From Octopus bimaculoides (lineage: Eukaryota), in assembly GCF_001194135.2 (NCBI RefSeq), contig NC_068992.1, positions 10,604,931 through 10,668,930 of the forward strand: a stretch of DNA of 64,000 nt. The letters run 5' to 3'. Each line of letters begins with the position of its first letter. Position 1 is the first letter of the stretch. A program made the translations under genes and the position numbers. The notes under the pieces are model-generated. The model saw only the letters and a program-made list of their open reading frames with translations. It ran no database searches and was not told where the DNA came from. Positions 1-11,699 of the stretch are shown piece by piece.

Positions 1-1177
1 ACTTTCCAAAAGTGCACATGGTCATGTTCCTTGAGAATATGATTTGTCAAATTTTGCCACTATCCACAATATCTAAAAGTCTGTGGTACCTTCATCTTTC
101 AGTCTCTTGAGATGCTACGAAAGCAAGGTCATAATCCTTGTTTACAGATGCCAGAATGAAAGTGTGTACTTACTCTTTAAGGTACACCCTGTTAAACCTA
201 AAAAAAGTATGTTTACTGTTGCTCTGTCACCTTCACCTTAACCCAATATTACAATTACTTGAAGAGGCATTTGACATTGGGTGAACCTTCTATAATTATA
301 GGTGAGTTGGTAGAATTGTTAAAGTTTTAGATGGAACGGCTTGGAGTATTTGATCTGACTCAAAACTTGGAGTGTAAATTCTGCCGAGATCAACTTTTGG
401 TGTTGGTACCTAAAATATTATCTCTCTCTCTCTCTCTCTCCAGAAGAAATCAGTTGTCTTCAGACCGGAAGACTGATGAGCTCTATCACAATTAACTTGC
501 CCAATATACATCAGATGTCATGACACTGCTCCTACAAATCCATAAGAATTGACACCCCAAAGAGGGATATATATACATATATAAACTTACATTTCATGTT
601 TTTGTTTTCTTAGTTAGTGAAGAAGGTTTCCTAGTTTCGGTTGTTGATTGTCCAAAAGCCTTGTATTATTCTATGTTTAAATACTATTTCATTTAGCATA
701 TTTACCAACTCTTAAACAATATCATTTACTTTTTACATTGCACACATTCAATCTTATAGTTTTAACGAAACCCTTTACAAAGCTAAATCCAAATACAAAA
801 GCAACACTTTTTCATAAACTTCCATTAAAGTAAACATTATCTTTGCACTTGTCTTCAGTCTAAAACCAACACTCTTTTTCATTTTCAACTTTTCTATTTT
901 AATGATAGCAAAAATCCATTCAATAAAATTTGCTTTTGCCTTGTTTTCAGATAAAATTCACTTCACTGGTTAATTAATTTAACTTTAACTTTATACTGGG
1001 TTACAGCAAAATAATAAGCTAAAATGTGTAGAATTAAAAAATAAGATATTGCCCAAGAGTTGTTGATTATGATTATGGAAAGTTACTTAAACATGGTAAA
1101 AATGTTGGATTAACACTTTAAACACCAAAATATTTTCATTGTCATCAAAAACTCCAATGCAAATCTATATAATCAAA

Positions 1178-2222
1178 CATCATTCATCATCATCATCATC
1201 GTTTAACATCCATTTTCCATGCTGGCATAGGCTGGACGGTTTGACTGAGGACTGGCAAGCCAGTAGGCTGCACCAGGATCCAATCTGATCTGGCAAGGTT
1301 TCTACAGCTGGATGCCCTTCCTAACTCCAACCACTCCAAGAGTGTAGGGGGGTGCTTTTTACGTGCTACCGGCACAGGAGCCAGTCAGGGAGCACTGGCT
1401 TCGACCACGTTTGGAAGATGCTTTTTAGGTGCCAGGGGCATGGAACCAGTTGGGGACACTGGCATTGACCATGTTTGGCTTTTTACATGACCCCCACCAC
1501 AGGGAGCCAGTAAAGCGGCACTGGCATCAACCCACTCTTGAATGGTGCTCACATTGCTGAACATTGGCAAACTTCTTTTCTGTTTCTCCCTTGGCCATAT
1601 ATACTTGTCTCCTAGCTTCTCTTCTGTCTATCTGATACAGTTGCTTCCTACCCGCACTCTTCCAAACTTTCCAGGCCTGTTTCTCAGCTCTAATGTCTCT
1701 CTCAACAGTATTATTGCACCACAATATTACCCTAGGTCTGGGAGAGACTTTGCACCAGCAGCAGATTTGGTCCATGGCACACAGCAAGCTGTCACGCAAG
1801 AATTTCCAGTTGCCCTCTGTGTCACAAATCTGTAGCTCCTCCTCCCCCTCATCAAATTTCTCAATTAGGATGACCCTAAATCTCTGACCATGTAAATGGT
1901 CCTTAAGATTCCAAATCCTTCTTTTCCAGATTAGTCTGCTTCTTGGCATCCTTCTGGCTGTGAGTCTAAAGTCACTAATAACTAGTCTCTGCTAGGGGGT
2001 ACATTCTTCACCAGGGAGGGTCTTTGTATTTAAGAGCAACCATGCATCCCACTGTCTAGTGAGAATGGAATCAATCTGGCTAGCAGAATCACCTGATTGA
2101 TAGGTTATCAGGTACCGGGCTAGCTTCCTGAAGTTGGTGTTGCAGATCAATAGGTTGTTTGCATCACAGAACTCTAGTAGCCTAGTTCCCTCTTCGTTTA
2201 GGGAACCATTTACATGGTCCCA
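1178..2222 (-). mobile_element. RTE-clade LINE remnant: endonuclease C-terminus and linker fused to the 3' UTR, RT domain deleted, (GAT)n tail
   Basis: Minus strand reads GSLNEEGTRLLEFCDANNLLICNTNFRK..SQIDSIL..LPGEECTP (APE endonuclease end), then WKFLRDSLL..DQICCWCKV..ARRQVYMAKGE (ORF 1527-1949). It then jumps to the repetitive RTE 3' UTR and ends GGATGTTAAACGATGATGATG. Confidence 0.85.
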
Positions 2223-3019
2223 TCAAAACTTATTCTTTGATGGTCCTGTATTGAAATGATATAAAAGTTATTCATTAACACGAAAATCACATTAACAATA
2301 GCCATCTGCCTAGCTTCTGTGTTTTACACATGGTATTGAAGATCTAAAAATATCACCAAACTTGATTTGCTTTGTGGTATCCCTTCTCTTCATTGGTCCT
2401 TTGTTTTCTTTCAGTTAGAACTCTAATGTACTCCCTTTTAAATGGTAATAGGACAATCTAAGCAAAAAATGTCAGAAACAGCTATGCTATTTCCAGTTTT
2501 TGTAATTGTGTGTGTAGACAGTGTTTGCCAAATTAAAGAGTAATATATGATTTTGAGAGTATTTGTGTTTACAGACGAAGAAAATGTACTGAATACATTG
2601 TATTCATTTTCCACTGAGTTTCACATTGTCAGTTAAATAACTGATGAAAGAAGGCAGCTTGACAATACATTAGCAAAAATATTTGTAAACACTGAAGTAT
2701 GAAAAAGTGTCGTCAAGATTTGATTGGTTGGCAAAAAAATGCCAGTAAATGTATCCACTTATTGAATTACCAGAGTTTACAGCTATTCAGTTGTCATACA
2801 CTGAACATATGATATATTCATCTATTCACATACAAAAACATGTCATTTTTTCACATCTTCTGGAACAATCTACAATGCTACCTAGAAAAGGCATACAGAA
2901 GTAAGAAAGTAGGATATTGTTAATGTTATTTTCATACTGATAATTAACTGAACTTTATTTGTCAACAATATGCAGTCATTAGAGTTTAAGGTTTCTTAAT
3001 GACTACTAATTATATATAT

Positions 3020-3609
3020 TAGGTTGTCACACATGAAATGTATTTGGAAGGTAACAAAAAATAAGAAGCACACTTCGAGGCACATGATTTTTGAATCTCG
3101 TTCAGTTGTGGAACAAACCTATCCATTTTTATGACTTTTCCAATTTTTTCAAGTATCAAGAAACAGTTATGCAAGATGTTTGGAGTCCTGATGAAAGTTT
3201 TTGGACTGTTGTTCTCAGATTTTGTTCAACCAAAGCATTTAACCCATCATGCCGAGTAACTGATTTTGACCTCCCCCTCGGTACATTTTCTAGGCTATCA
3301 TCTCCTGAACAAAATCTTTAGAACCATCTTTGAACAATTCTTATGTTAACAAAACCATTACCAAAGTCCCACTTGATATTCGGTAGAGCTTCTGTGGTAA
3401 AGTGACTCAGTTTGTACTCATACAAGAAAATCACTCAACATAGTTTGGTTGTTATCATTTTCATAAGGTCAGTGGGTACGAATTAGTATACCAATGGTGT
3501 TTGGAAAGAAAAAGAGTCAAGATTAAATGCAAGGGTATACATAACTGAGTTTTTAAATGACTGAAATAATAAGTAATTAAAAATGCAACATTTCATGTGT
3601 GACAAGCTA
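3020..3609 (-). mobile_element. Internally deleted mariner transposon with TIRs and TA target duplication; retains a degraded N-terminal HTH region
   Basis: TIR GGTTGTCACACATGAAATGT at 3022-3041 and its reverse complement at 3588-3607 (19/20), flanked by TA. Minus frame from 3464 reads VIFLYEYKLSH..NIRIVQRWF*RFCSGDDSLENVPRGRSKSV..LNALVEQNLRTTVQKL (mariner HTH) with several stops. Confidence 0.9.
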
Positions 3610-4290
3610 ATATTTTTGCTTGATTCCCTTACAACCAATAAAGACATTTTAGTGCTTTGAAGTGTTAACCATTCTAATATCTATTTTATTATATTTTAAG
3701 TATCATTTCATCATCATATTTAATAAGATTCTTTTATTGTTTTAGTTTATGAATTACACTCACTTTAGCTTACTATTTTGCTGTAACACTGTATGAAGAA
3801 AAAACTAAATTTACCCAATGAAGTGAATTTTATCAGAAAAGGTGAAAAGCACATTTTATTGAATGGTCTTTTGCTGTCATTTAAACAGAAAAGTTGGAAA
3901 TGAAGAAGAGTTTTGGTGTTGAACTGAAGACAAGTGCAAAGATTGTGTCTACATTAAAGGAAGTTTATGAGAAAATGTCACTTTTATATTTAGTTTTAAC
4001 TTTATAATGGGTTACATCAAAAGTGAAGTGTACATAACTTACGCAAGAAAATGAGACTGTTCTACAGTTGGCAAATACAAATACAGTAAGTTTCAAACAT
4101 TGGAACTATTAACAATTTAGAATAATTTGAACTCTTAACAGTTTAAATCACTAAGCATTCTTTATTAGTTAACAACTAAACAGAAAGATGAAAATAAATG
4201 TCATCTTTTATTTAACAAAACTTTATATATGTAATGTAATGTATATATATGTTTGGGCATTAGCATATGTTCATATGTCTCCCTCTTTCT

Positions 4291-4671
4291 CTATTTTTCT
4301 GTAAGTGAGTTAAAGACCTTGTGCGATTCACTCTTGATTTTGACTGTGGTGTTAAAACAGTGACCTTTGAGCTGCCTTTTTATCTTGGGGAAGAGAGGGA
4401 AGTCTGCAAGCACTAAATCTGGTGAATAGGGTGAGTGCGGAAGCAGTACCATGTTGCTTTTGGCAAGAAACTCAGAAGTGAGGAGAGCTCAGTGACAAAG
4501 TACATTGTCCTTGTGAAGAATCCAATTCTTTGTGCTCAACAGATCTGGTCACTTTCGCCAAATGTCCTCCCTCAAATGCTTCAAAACATCACTGTGGAAC
4601 TCTCAAGTGATGGTCTGGCCCTGGGGAATGAATTCTCAATGCACAATACTACGGATGTTGAAAAAAATGAT
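4291..4671 (-). pseudogene. Mariner transposase catalytic-domain fragment (DD34D)
   Basis: Minus frame reads IIFFNIRSIVH*EFIPQGQT..WILHKDNVLCH*ALLTSEFLAKSNMVLLPHSPYSPDLVLADFPLFPKIK. There are 34 residues between the second and third catalytic Asp, a YSPDL motif, and in-frame stops. Confidence 0.9.
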
Positions 4672-4699
4672 GTATGTGTGTGTGTGTATGTGTGTGTAT

Positions 4700-6028
4700 G
4701 TTGCTAAAGTCACAAAGGGCACTAATCTGGCTATATCTGCTGCACATAAACAGTGATGTAGACTGCCTCTACCTAAAATGTAAACAAGGTGGCAGAGGCC
4801 AAACATTGATCCAAAATGCCTTTGAATTTTGCATCGTATCCCTTTGGCAACATCTTTTAACCACCAAGTGTTGAAGTGCATCCCTTGATCAAGTTTGTAT
4901 GCATTAGGCTGATAACATCATAAGACTTGGGATCCAGCTCCTTGAGCAACACTCTTTGTTTGATAACCTAGAATACATGCCCAAAGAAGTTGCACAACTC
5001 TACCGCAATGTATCATCAGATGAAAGGATGAGCCTAAATGAGCAGAAGACTATGCATGGATATGTTAGTAGAAAGATCCATGATGATAGTAACATCGATC
5101 ATCAGAGTAGTTTATCATGGACCAATAGCTTGATTACTACGTCCCACTTTGAAGGGTATGCATTTGCAATCCAGGAACAGGAAATATCAACCAAAAGGGA
5201 CAGAATTGCAGATAAAGCTGTAAAGTGTGACAACCGATACAGACTTTGAGGAGTTCACACTGAAGATGTCACCCACATCATAAGCAGTTGCCCAAAAATG
5301 TCATCCTGGTATTATCTTCTGATGAGACATGACGTTGTAGCTAGGGTACTCTATAATGAAATCCATCGGAAGGATAATCTCGAGGACAAAAAAATAAGAA
5401 CCCACGATGTGGTAGAAGCCATAGCCCCTCATAATAAAAAGGAATACTGGTGGAATGTACCAGTGAAGACGTCAATAAAATGTAAGCACAACAGACCTGA
5501 TATAATGATTTGGGATAGAGAAGAGAAACTGTGCACAGTTGTGGAAATCAGCTGCCCAGCAGATGTTAACATAACACTGAAGATTAGGGAAAAAGAGAGC
5601 ACCTATGCTGAGCTATTGAGAAATCTGCAGTTACTCTACAGGTTCATGCCATAATTATTGGGGCCCTGGAATATGTAACACACTGCCTAAATACCAATCT
5701 TGAGAAATTAGACTTCTCAAAACCAGAAAGAAGAAAGCTAATTCGAAGACTACAGATCCAATCCATCACTGGAGCTGTAAAAATCTGTAAAACTATCCAG
5801 ATGTCTATCGTTTAAATATATATAAGCATGTCTAGATATACAACTATATGCATGAGAATACATACATAAAACATACAAATCTGCACATACATACATACAC
5901 ACATACATACATACAAACAAAAATACCCTGTTGTTGATGTTGAAATTCCAATAAAAGAGGCATGGATCTAGGTTAGAAACCGGTTCTTTCTCTATTGGCA
6001 AGAAATCATGAAATAAACTGAATAATGA
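4700..6028 (+). mobile_element. 3' portion of an RLE-type non-LTR retrotransposon (R4/Dong-like): RT C-terminus, CCHC knuckle, restriction-like endonuclease, 3' UTR
   Basis: LHINSDVDCLYLKCKQGGRG (RT end); YRL*GVHTEDVTHIISSCPKMS..RHDVVA (decayed CCHC); WWNVPVKT..HNRPDIMIWDREEKLCTVVEISCP (RLE PD-D/E motif; ORF 5298-5654). Frameshifts and stops are present. Confidence 0.88.
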
Positions 6029-6106
6029 CATACATACATACACACATGTATGTATGTATGTATGTATGTATGTATGTATGTATGTATGTATGTATGTGTG
6101 TGTGTG
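6029..6106. repeat. (CATA)n switching to (TATG)n/(TG)n microsatellite
   Basis: Read directly from the sequence. Confidence 0.95.
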
Positions 6107-6107
6107 T

Positions 6108-6325
6108 ATTATAGTGTCTGTGTTTGATCCTCACTACACCACTTCACAATTGGTGTTTGTATGTTTATAACCCCATAGCTAAACAGCTCAGCAAAAGCGA
6201 CCAAGAGAATAAGTACTAAGCTTAGAGAACAAGTACTGGGTTTGACTCATTTGACTAAAAAATTCCTCGAGGTGGTACTCCAGCATGGCCACAGTCTATT
6301 GCCTGAAACAAGTAAAAGATAAAGG
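6108..6325 (+). mobile_element. SINE family A, 3' half (degenerate)
   Basis: Matches the 3' half of the full copy at 30606-31008 (GTACTCCAGCATGGCCACAGTC..GAAACAAGTAAAAGA). Confidence 0.8.
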
Positions 6326-6994
6326 ACAAATGATATAAATACACATATATGTATATATTTTTTGAAAGCAAATTTATATATAAATTTAAAAAGGAAAGCA
6401 CAAATTCATATAAATTTAAATATATAACAAAAACAAATGAAAAATAAATGTTGATGGCTTAAAAAAAAGAAAGGAAATTTCATGAGAGAGATTAAATAAA
6501 TAAATAAACTGTTTTCCTTTAATCTTTAGTAACCACTTTATAATTTGATTTCACTTATCTAGTATTTTATTTTCGTTTAATTTTGATGATTTATTGGTTA
6601 TTTCATCCCACAGGGATTTTAAATTGAAGTCAGCTGGTGGGGGCCTGACATTACATTTCATTTTCTTTTTATGGGGAGTGGGGTCAGTAAAATAGTATTA
6701 GCGAAGTAATGAAAGGGACGAGGGTGTTAATTAAATCATCGAGACCATTCTCCATAATTTGTGGCTTTGTGCCAATAATAGGAATTATTATTGTTTACCA
6801 CATCAACAATTATATGTATTTATATAGATAAAGAGAATTGATATGCAAAGAACCATATATAATGATAATATATAAATATTTACCCACTAACCTCCAGGCA
6901 CTGGCATGGCTGTGTGGTTTAGAAGCCTGCTTTACAGTAAATCATAAATCTGAAAGAGAAGCACACATTAAATTACAGAGCAGATCTAAATAAT

Positions 6995-7026
<32 letters not shown>

Positions 7027-7404
7027 GCACACACATATACATACATATATACATACATGTATATATATGTATATACATACATACGTACATACATATACAT
7101 ATATAATACATATACATACATAGATATATATATACATATATATANNNNNNNNNNNNNNNNNNNNNNNNNNNNNNNNNNNNNNNNNNNNNNNNNNNNNNNN
7201 NNNNNNNNNNNNNNNNNNNNNNNNNNNNNNNNNNNNNNNNNNNNNNNNNNNNNNNNNNNNNNNNNNNNNNNNNNNNNNNNNNNNNNNNNNNNNNNNNNNN
7301 NNNNNNNNNNNNNNNNNNNNNNNNNNNNNNNNNNNNNNNNNNNNNNNNNNNNNNNNNNNNNNNNNNNNNNNNNNNNNNNNNNNNNNNNNNNNNNNNNNNN
7401 NNNN

Positions 7405-7455
<51 letters not shown>

Positions 7456-7496
7456 TATATTATTATTACTATTATTATTATAAATATAGGGTAAAA

Positions 7497-7526
7497 AATT
7501 ATTAATTTATTAATAAATTAATAATT
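7497..7526. repeat. Perfect 30-bp AT-only palindrome
   Basis: AATTATTAATTTATTAATAAATTAATAATT is its own reverse complement, framed by GGTAAAA (7490-7496) and TTTTACC. Confidence 0.95.
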
Positions 7527-7574
7527 AATCATTTTACCAAGTAGTTTGGTATGGAAAAAAAAACACTCATTATT

Positions 7575-7800
7575 GGTAAAAACTTATGCAAAAAGTTTTT
7601 TTATAATTATAAACATAATTACGGGATCAGCAAAAGTTGCTTCACCACATACCGAAATTTAGAAATAGCAGTTAAAATACTAATTCTACTACTACAATAT
7701 ATCTCCACAGATAGCAATACTCGCAACTTACATAGGCAAAAACGAAGATCCCTTAATTATGTTTATAATTATAAAAAAACTTTTTGTATAAGTTTTTACC
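7575..7800. mobile_element. 226-bp MITE-like cassette with 54-bp terminal inverted repeats
   Basis: 7575-7628 and 7747-7800 are reverse complements with 2 mismatches (GGTAAAAACTTAT(G/A)CAAAAAG...GGGATC). Confidence 0.8.
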
Positions 7801-8424
7801 TTCTGAAGTGCCAAGTGTTATGCGTACAAAATTTCCTTCATGGTTTAAGAGGTTGTCAACAATATAGGACATGTGATACCTCCTTACTTCTTTCCACAAG
7901 GCCTTAGAGTTACCTCTGCCACCTACATTGAGGTCCTGAAAACAATTGTTAAGCCTTGGATAGACAGTGTATGCAATGGAAAGCCATATGTGTTTCAGTA
8001 AGACTCTGCACTACCACATGACTCTAGTAACACAGCAATGGATGGCTGAAAATTTTCATGATCACATATGCCCTAACATTTGACCACCTAATTCCCCAGA
8101 TCTCAATCCAATGGACTATCACATGTGGAGCATTGTTGAGAGAGAGAGGTCAATGAATAAGCCCATAACACCAAAGATTCTTTGAAAGCTTCCATAGTCA
8201 GAGTAACGTTCAAAATAAACCAGGATCACTTGAATCGAACATTTAGATGACATAGATCTCATGTAAATGCAGTTGTTGAAGGTGGATTTATTGAATAACA
8301 TTATAGTAAAGAAGGTTTATTTTTATCCTCATAGTACTTTTTGATAAATAAAGTTATTATCTGTAATTATATATCTGTTTCTTTTATAAACATAAATCTG
8401 TCCTCAAATATCTTATACACCCTA
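7799..8424 (+). mobile_element. maT/DD37D-type Tc1-mariner transposase 3' fragment with right TIR
   Basis: PSEVPSVMRTKFP..GHVIPPYFFPQGLRV..KPWIDSVCNGKPYVFQ*DSA..PPNSPDLNPMDY..HNTKDSLKA..GGFIE*. The 109 nt between the Asp codons at 8002 and 8114 fit 37 codons with a 2-nt deletion. Ends in the TIR-like AAATCTGTCCTCAAATATCTTATACACCCT. Confidence 0.8.
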
Positions 8425-8660
8425 TGTATGTATGTATGTATGTATGTATGTATGTATGTATGTATGTATGTATGTATGTATGTATGCATGCAGGTATGTA
8501 TGTATGTATACCCACCCTCATATATATGACGGGCTTCTTTCAGCTTCTGCCCACCAAATCCACTCACAAGGCTTTGGTTGGCACAAGGCTATAATAGCAG
8601 ACGCTTGCCCAAGGTGCTTTTCAGTGGTATTGAACCCAGAACCATGTGGCTTCTTAATGC
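8424..8660 (-). mobile_element. (TATG)n tract plus SINE family A 5' half
   Basis: 8522-8660 matches the head of family A in reverse and abuts the microsatellite. Confidence 0.8.
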
Positions 8661-9529
8661 ACACCTAATGTCTGTCACTCTTTTATATTCTATAGATCTG
8701 TATCATAAATTTATTTTGAAAAACAAGACAAGCACGAATTCAAGCAATAGTTATTTTGGTGGTGTAAGAGACTTCAGTGCAGATATGAAAAAAAAAAAAA
8801 AANNNNNNNNNNNNNNNNNNNNNNNNNNNNNNNNNNNNNNNNTCTCGACTTAGCTGAACATGTTGACTGTCTTTTGATGTGAAAGGTAATTCAATTTGTA
8901 AATCTATTTATTTATCTTAATATGTCTGTAAAAGGAAATATGAGAATAAAAGAAAAAGAGAAAATAATATTTATAAATAAAAGGAAGTTATTTTCTTTTA
9001 TAAACAAGAAATACTTGAAGATGTCATTTCTGTTGTCTACCCCTCACTCCTGAGCATAGCAACAATACAAAGCAAGATATATGGATAAGTCAGGTAGATA
9101 TAATGTTGCTTAAGCTTGGAAAATGTACCAAAGTATTGAATATGTAGCTAGAGTCAGACAGTTTTACATGCAATATAATACAGACATGTTTTTTACCTTT
9201 TACAGAGATAATATAGATATTACTTATACACACAATTTGTACAGGTAATATTGATATATAAATGTAAATAACATGTACATACCTATGCACACACAGACAC
9301 AAACATGCACACTCGCACACACACACACACACTTACAGACTCACACACATATCTGTAACATTTTCATCAACTCATGATTAGCATAAGTGAAACCGGTTGA
9401 CTATTAAAGAATTTTATTGATAGTTTGTCCAACATAAAATTTCTGTTCATTTTCCTTCTTATTATATTTGTCACAACAATTCACCAGGTGCAATTTCTTA
9501 TCAAATATTTTCACTATATCTATCCATTA

Positions 9530-9645
9530 AAGGTGGTGAGCTGGCAGAATCATAAGTACCAGTTACACACTGGAGTTGATGTAATCGATTTATCCCTTTG
9601 TTTGTCCCTTCTACGTTTAGCCCCCTGTGGGCAATGAAGAAGTAA
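9530..9645 (+). mobile_element. SINE family B, internally deleted
   Basis: AAGGTGGTGAGCTGGCAGAATC joined to the family B 3' end (..TTTAGCCCCCTGTGGGCAATGAAGAAGTAA); compare 58044-58287. Confidence 0.8.
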
Positions 9646-9705
9646 ATATCATTTATGTATGTATGCATGTATTTATGTATGCATGTATGTATGTATGTAT
9701 GTATG

Positions 9706-9743
<38 letters not shown>

Positions 9744-9839
9744 CCTATCAGTCCACATATTCATGTACCTATCTATCGATCAATCGATAGATAGGTAGGT
9801 AGGTAGGTAGGTAGATAGATAGATCAGCTAAAAAAATAG

Positions 9840-10075
9840 GTGTGTGTATGTGACTATGTGTGCGTCTTTGTGTATTTGTTTGTCTTCCACCACTACTTGC
9901 TGGTTTCTTTACATCCCTGCAACTTAGCAGTTTGGCAAAAGAGATGGATAGAATACATACCAGGCTTAAAACAAATACTAGGGTTGATTTGTTTGACCAA
10001 ACCCTTCAAGACAGTGACACTGTCCTAGTGTGACTGCAGTCCAATGACTGAAATAGGTAACAGGTAAAAGAGATA
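9840..10075 (+). mobile_element. SINE family A 3' half (old)
   Basis: Similar to the family A tail and preceded by (TATC)n/(GATA)n tracts. Confidence 0.7.
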
Positions 10076-11699
10076 TGGCAGGTATCTTTCAGTTCTTGTC
10101 TAACAAATCTGCTGACAAGGCTGCAGGGTTATAGTAGCAAAAGATTCTTGCTCAAGGTGCCATGCAATGGAACTGAGCCCAAATAAAGTAGCAGAGAAAT
10201 GGAGAGCTTAACCACTCAGCTATGCAATTACCCTTACTTTCTTGGTAAAATTTAGAAGAAGTTATAAAGTAGCTATTTCATAATGGCATGAAGTTAAGTA
10301 TCTTTTACTACTACTAACTTTTAGTTTCTCTGGGGCTTTTTTTTCCTTTTTAAGTTAGTTTGAAAGAATAAATAGCTTTATTTTATATCTTTTTTCATTT
10401 TATTTTTATTTATTTAGTTTCCTGTTTTATTTTCACACATTTTCTGCTTCTATGTGATATAATAAAGATTTCAATATTTAGTCTGAACACCTGCTGAAAA
10501 ATCAGCCAAATCTTCATTGTTCTGTGAATTTGAAATAGTGATTTAAAATATTTGGTGCATCCAAAATCTCAATACACATACTAACATAGGACAGAGGTCA
10601 CACATAAGAGGTGAGTATATTGAAGTGTAGCTCTGTCATGGTAAAAGTTTTTGGAAACAGAATAACATTGGCCATAAACACATCGTTTCTTTTCTTATAC
10701 GGCTGGAAAGATAGGTTTAACAGTTGATGAGTGAGTTGAAATTCATGCAGATACCAGAAATGTAGATACACATTAGAATGCTGCAGCTGTGTATTGAAAG
10801 ATGTACAGTGGCACTAACGGCAAATGATGAGTGTAGATTAATTCTTTTCTTATTATACTTCTGTTAAAATACTCTGATTTTGTTTCAATTAATTCTCAAA
10901 AAAATAATGAGGAATATAGTAAAAGAAGTTTGCCATTATTAAGCTGGAGAATATTAATGCTACGGTTTAACCCTAGGTCAGCCCTTATGAAACAGATCTA
11001 CGATCAAAGACATTCCATCAATAACTATTGCACCTCTTTTTTTGTGGGGTATCAAATAACTAGTAATACATTTCTTGATGCATTCTTCATGTTTTAAGAA
11101 TTTAGGTATATGATTTGAGGGAGATTTAGTTACTGTTTCTAGTATTTTGAATGACCATATTGAGACATGCTTGTTGGCTCGCAATGTGCCTTGTGGCACA
11201 TTTAGCAAGTTGACGTTGTTTATTACATAGAACATTGAACCAATTAATTAGTTTTTAATGATATATTCCAATAAAATTTATTGATGCTTTGGTACCAAGC
11301 AGCTTTACAGATTATTTTCTATGTTGTATATTGTAATCTGTTTCTATATTAATATGCTAACACACACACAAAACTGCAAATCACATACACACACACACTC
11401 ACACGCACACATACACATTCACATTTAAGCTGGCTTTCAAGCATTCATGCAGATTTGAATGTGCACATGCATACATATACATGCTTGTAAATTTATGCAC
11501 TTTCCTGTGTAAATGAAGGTATTTGATCATGCACATGCATGCACATGTGTATGGGTGCATAGAAATACATACACGAATGCATTTACACACTGATGCCCAC
11601 ATATAAACATGTTTTCATGCATGCACATTCCTATACATTCATGTAAATGTAATTGCTTTTTTATGCCTCAAAAGACTTTTAAGAGATGGTGCTTAGCTT

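Larger units (their letters stand above)
565..4250. repeat. Long degenerate palindrome (arms about 1 kb each once later insertions are removed), centre near 2636
   Basis: Nested reverse-complement anchors: 813-828/3954-3969 (15/16), 839-859/3923-3943 (21/21), 950-969/3815-3834 (19/20), 1000-1023/3764-3787 (23/24), 2282-2300/2915-2933 (18/19). Central hairpin TCAGTTAAATAACTGA at 2629-2644. Outer limits are approximate. Confidence 0.75.

Noticed and set aside
3900-4020. Peptide KIVSTLKEVYEK resembling a mariner HTH
   Set aside because: It lies in a palindrome arm, is interrupted by stops, and the partner arm does not preserve the frame.
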